DNA from: Mobula hypostoma
Taxonomy: Eukaryota
Direction: 5' to 3'
Assembly (NCBI RefSeq): GCF_963921235.1
Contig: NC_086108.1
Span: forward strand, 47,184,001-47,248,000
Length of the DNA: 64,000 bases
In this document: piece after piece, positions 63,928-64,000 of the stretch
Layout: every line of letters starts with the position of its first letter
Numbering within the stretch: the first letter of the stretch is position 1
Notes under the pieces: generated by a model
Databases searched by the model: none
Told to the model about the DNA's origin: nothing
The model's input: only the letters and a program-made list of their open reading frames with translations
Position numbers and translations under genes: made by a program

Positions 63928-64000
63928 GGCTTAAAGATTCACATTGATACCACAGTAGAATTTCATTTCCACGGCAAAATCATTCATCTGATGAATTTTA

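Noticed and set aside
1..64000. CRISPR arrays, operons, retrons or other prokaryotic systems; remaining short ORFs
   Set aside because: Spliceosomal exon-intron structure and vertebrate repeats show the DNA is eukaryotic. All RTs are non-LTR retrotransposon type. The other short ORFs are antisense or alternate frames of repeats, or random.

Overview
Eukaryotic, intron- and repeat-rich vertebrate DNA. The CR1, Rex1, V-SINE and Penelope-type repeat content suggests a cartilaginous fish, probably a ray; this is inference. Two ER-lumen quality-control genes lie head-to-tail on the minus strand. (1) The 3' two-thirds of EDEM3: 10 exons from 61426 to 40203, all with GT-AG junctions and matching phases, 608 aa ending KDEL-stop, with a probable long 3' UTR to about 35.6 kb. 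An extra in-frame 39-nt cassette exon at 44058-44096 is missed by the ORF track. (2) A complete 6-coding-exon torsin gene, best matching TOR3A, from 28919 to 7567, 368 aa. The rest is mostly nested mobile DNA: many CR1 LINE fragments (one with an SGNH-esterase ORF1), Rex1/Babar LINE fragments, an L1-clade 3' fragment with a 15-bp TSD, tRNA/V-SINEs, two families of short RTE-derived elements, two hAT and one Tigger-like DNA transposon derivatives, and palindromic Penelope-type elements with minimal hammerhead-ribozyme-like cores. There are no prokaryotic features (no CRISPR, operons or rRNA). The most interesting signals are the EDEM3 cassette exon, the hammerhead-bearing palindromes, and an inverted CR1 pair flanking TOR3A exon 5.
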